Assembly: GCA_030770535.1 (NCBI GenBank)
Contig: JASVEC010000012.1
Span: forward strand, 1,178,001 to 1,242,000
Direction of reading: 5' to 3'
Origin: Batkoa obscura
Taxonomy: Eukaryota
DNA: 64,000 nt
A program made the position numbers and the translations under genes. The notes below the pieces were generated by a model, which saw only the letters and a program-made list of their open reading frames with translations, made no database searches and was not told where the DNA came from. Position 1 is the first letter of the stretch. Each line of letters opens with the position of its first letter. This document shows positions 61,754 through 64,000 of this stretch, piece by piece.

Positions 61754-64000
61754 ATGAGTTTTTGGGATCAGCATTATAATAATAAAAGCAACAACAGTAA
61801 TAGCACTAATAATAAACCCATCAAATCCAGTGGCACTTCCTCTCCAGCTATAGATCCATTTGCTGATTTAGTGACTTTTCGTGAAAATCCAAGTGATACT
61901 AAGAAGACTATTAATCAACAACTACAAGAAAATAAACGAGTGAATGTGAAGGTTGATAATAATTTTGTAATTCCTACTGAATGGCATAGTCCTGGAGGGA
62001 GCTATACTAGTGGTAGTGGGAATGATAATAATAGGAGTATGAATAATAATCAAAACAATCAAAAGCAAGATTATTTGTAAGTTAGATCTGGATTTAATAT
62101 TGTTTTAATTAATATATTAAAATTTATAGTTCTCATAATCAATTAGACTTAGACTTTTTTTCAAGTTTAGATGCTCCACAAAAGGTAAATTAAATAAACT
62201 TATCATAACCAACGGTTAACTAATACAGCTTAACAGCTTAATACTAACAACAATTACAATAACGATAATAACAATTCAACTAATAATCGACCTGACAACT
62301 TATTAGATTCCTTTTCAACCTTTAATACAAACACAAAACCAACCACAAATAACAAAAATAATAATATAAATTCCGATTTTGATTTGCTATCTGATTATAA
62401 ACCCAACACATCTCATACAAACATAAACACAAACACAAACACAAACACAAACACATCAACTAATGTTAATGATTTTTTTTCTGATTTTAAAGATGCCACT
62501 ATTAAACATGAACCAATTCATAAAACCAACTACAAAGAACCAATGGAAAAATTCAACAATTTAAGTATAAATGACGAAGATACATTATTTGATGCTAAAT
62601 TAGCCGAATTATTAAGTTATGGCTATGATTTAGATTCAAGTAAAATGGCTTTAAGTATGACGAATAATGATGTTATTGAAGCTAAACAATTAATGGATGA
62701 ACAAAAGAAAGTAGAATTACAAAGTAAATCTAAGCCACCATTACCACAAAGAAGAGAATATGATAGTGATGATGACGAAGATAATTATTCATATGATTAT
62801 AAAAACCAACGACAAGGTTTATTTGATAAAACTAAATCCTTAGCTACTAATTTTAATACGGACCAATTATTGAATCAAGCTAATGAATTAGGTACTTCTA
62901 TGTTTTCAGCAGCAAATAAGTTATTTATGAAATCAAAACAAACATTGAATAGCACTTGGCAAGACATTAAATTGAAACAAAATAGTGGTACAGATACTCC
63001 TAACTCAAACAATAGTAGAAATTATCAATATTATGGGGATAGTTCAGATGAAGAGGAAACGGGTAATGGTGGTGACTTTGTACCTTTTAAAGATGAAGTT
63101 AGGGATTATAGTGTTATGGAGAATCAAAGCTCAACTAGCTTTAATGATAGATTGAGTCCAATTAATAGAGCTAGCCCGGTTGGTAGAGCTAGCCCATTAC
63201 CTAAATCCAATTCAATTGGTAGAAATAGTCCTGTATCTAGAGCCAGTTCAATACCCAAAGTAGAGAAGCCATTACCAAAAGACAATGTCATAATCGACAA
63301 TTCGCAATTAAATTTAGTAGAAAATATCAAAAATGAAGGCAACCATTATTTTAAATTAGGCCAATTTACACGCTCAATTGAAAATTATACAAAAGCAATC
63401 GAATCAATACCAAATGAACATTCCAGTTTAATAGTCATTTACAATAATCGAGCTAATAGCTATAGTAAAATGGGGAATTTTAAAAATAGTTTAAATGATT
63501 CTGAATTAGCTTTAAAAATTATTGGGGAAGATCATGAGTATATACCAAAACAAAAATTGGAAGGAAAAGCGGGTTTAAATTTAAAAGATTATTACGTGAA
63601 GGGAATGTTAAGAAAAGCGGAAGCTTTAGAAGCTTTAGAAAGGTTTAAAGAAGCGGAGGAGACTTATGCTAAATTATTATTTTTATCCAATTGTTCAGCT
63701 CATAATAAGGCATTGGAAGGTGCTCGTCGTTGTAAAAAAGGATTGGAGATGCCAAAGTTGGAGAAAAAGGATAGTGGGGCAGATGGTAGAAATGGCAAAT
63801 TGGATTCTTTATTATCTGAATTCTCTACCGATTTTGACAAGTTAACAGCAATTAATAATAGTAAACCTAAAGTATCAAAGTGAGTGAATTGTTAAGTTTC
63901 AAGTAATTTAATAATATTAATTTTTTATTTTTTACAATAGACAAGAAATCGATTCTAGTGAAGCAGTTAGAAAAATACGAGAGTTAGAAAATATCAAAAA
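61754..64000 (+). CDS. Auxilin-like Swa2 (UBA-TPR, J domain expected beyond the window), 3'-truncated
   Basis: DPF/DFF clathrin-adaptor-type motifs, UBA (LAELLSYGYD..SKMAL), TPR (KNEGNHYFKLGQF..YTKAI), runs off the window end. Confidence 0.78.

Overview
AT-rich eukaryotic nuclear DNA with short GT-AG introns and fungal-type genes (a Zn2Cys6 factor, BLI-3, SWA2-like, TAN1). The expansion of class A-like GPCRs and the base composition suggest an early-diverging fungus, possibly Entomophthoromycotina; this is an inference, not a lookup. Housekeeping genes include RPS11, TAN1, a D-2-hydroxyglutarate/D-lactate dehydrogenase, an ABHD12-like hydrolase, UPF1, SRP14, an HSDL2-like SDR, RRP42, a paraoxonase-like protein, the PKA catalytic subunit and a partial auxilin/SWA2. 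The ORF track misses several things: three tRNAs (Tyr with an intron, Val, Phe), two identical convergent U6 snRNA genes with an atypical 3' UUCG hairpin and a conserved CCAAT/TATA/leader region, an enlarged U14 snoRNA in the intron of an apparently non-coding host gene, and two spliced HSF-DBD-only transcription factor paralogs. It also misses a cofilin pseudogene interrupted by a MITE, a P450 pseudogene and a ~100-bp MITE family with 8 copies. A cluster of three intronless rhodopsin-family-like 7TM receptors is present. All identifications are by eye, and exon boundaries were inferred manually.
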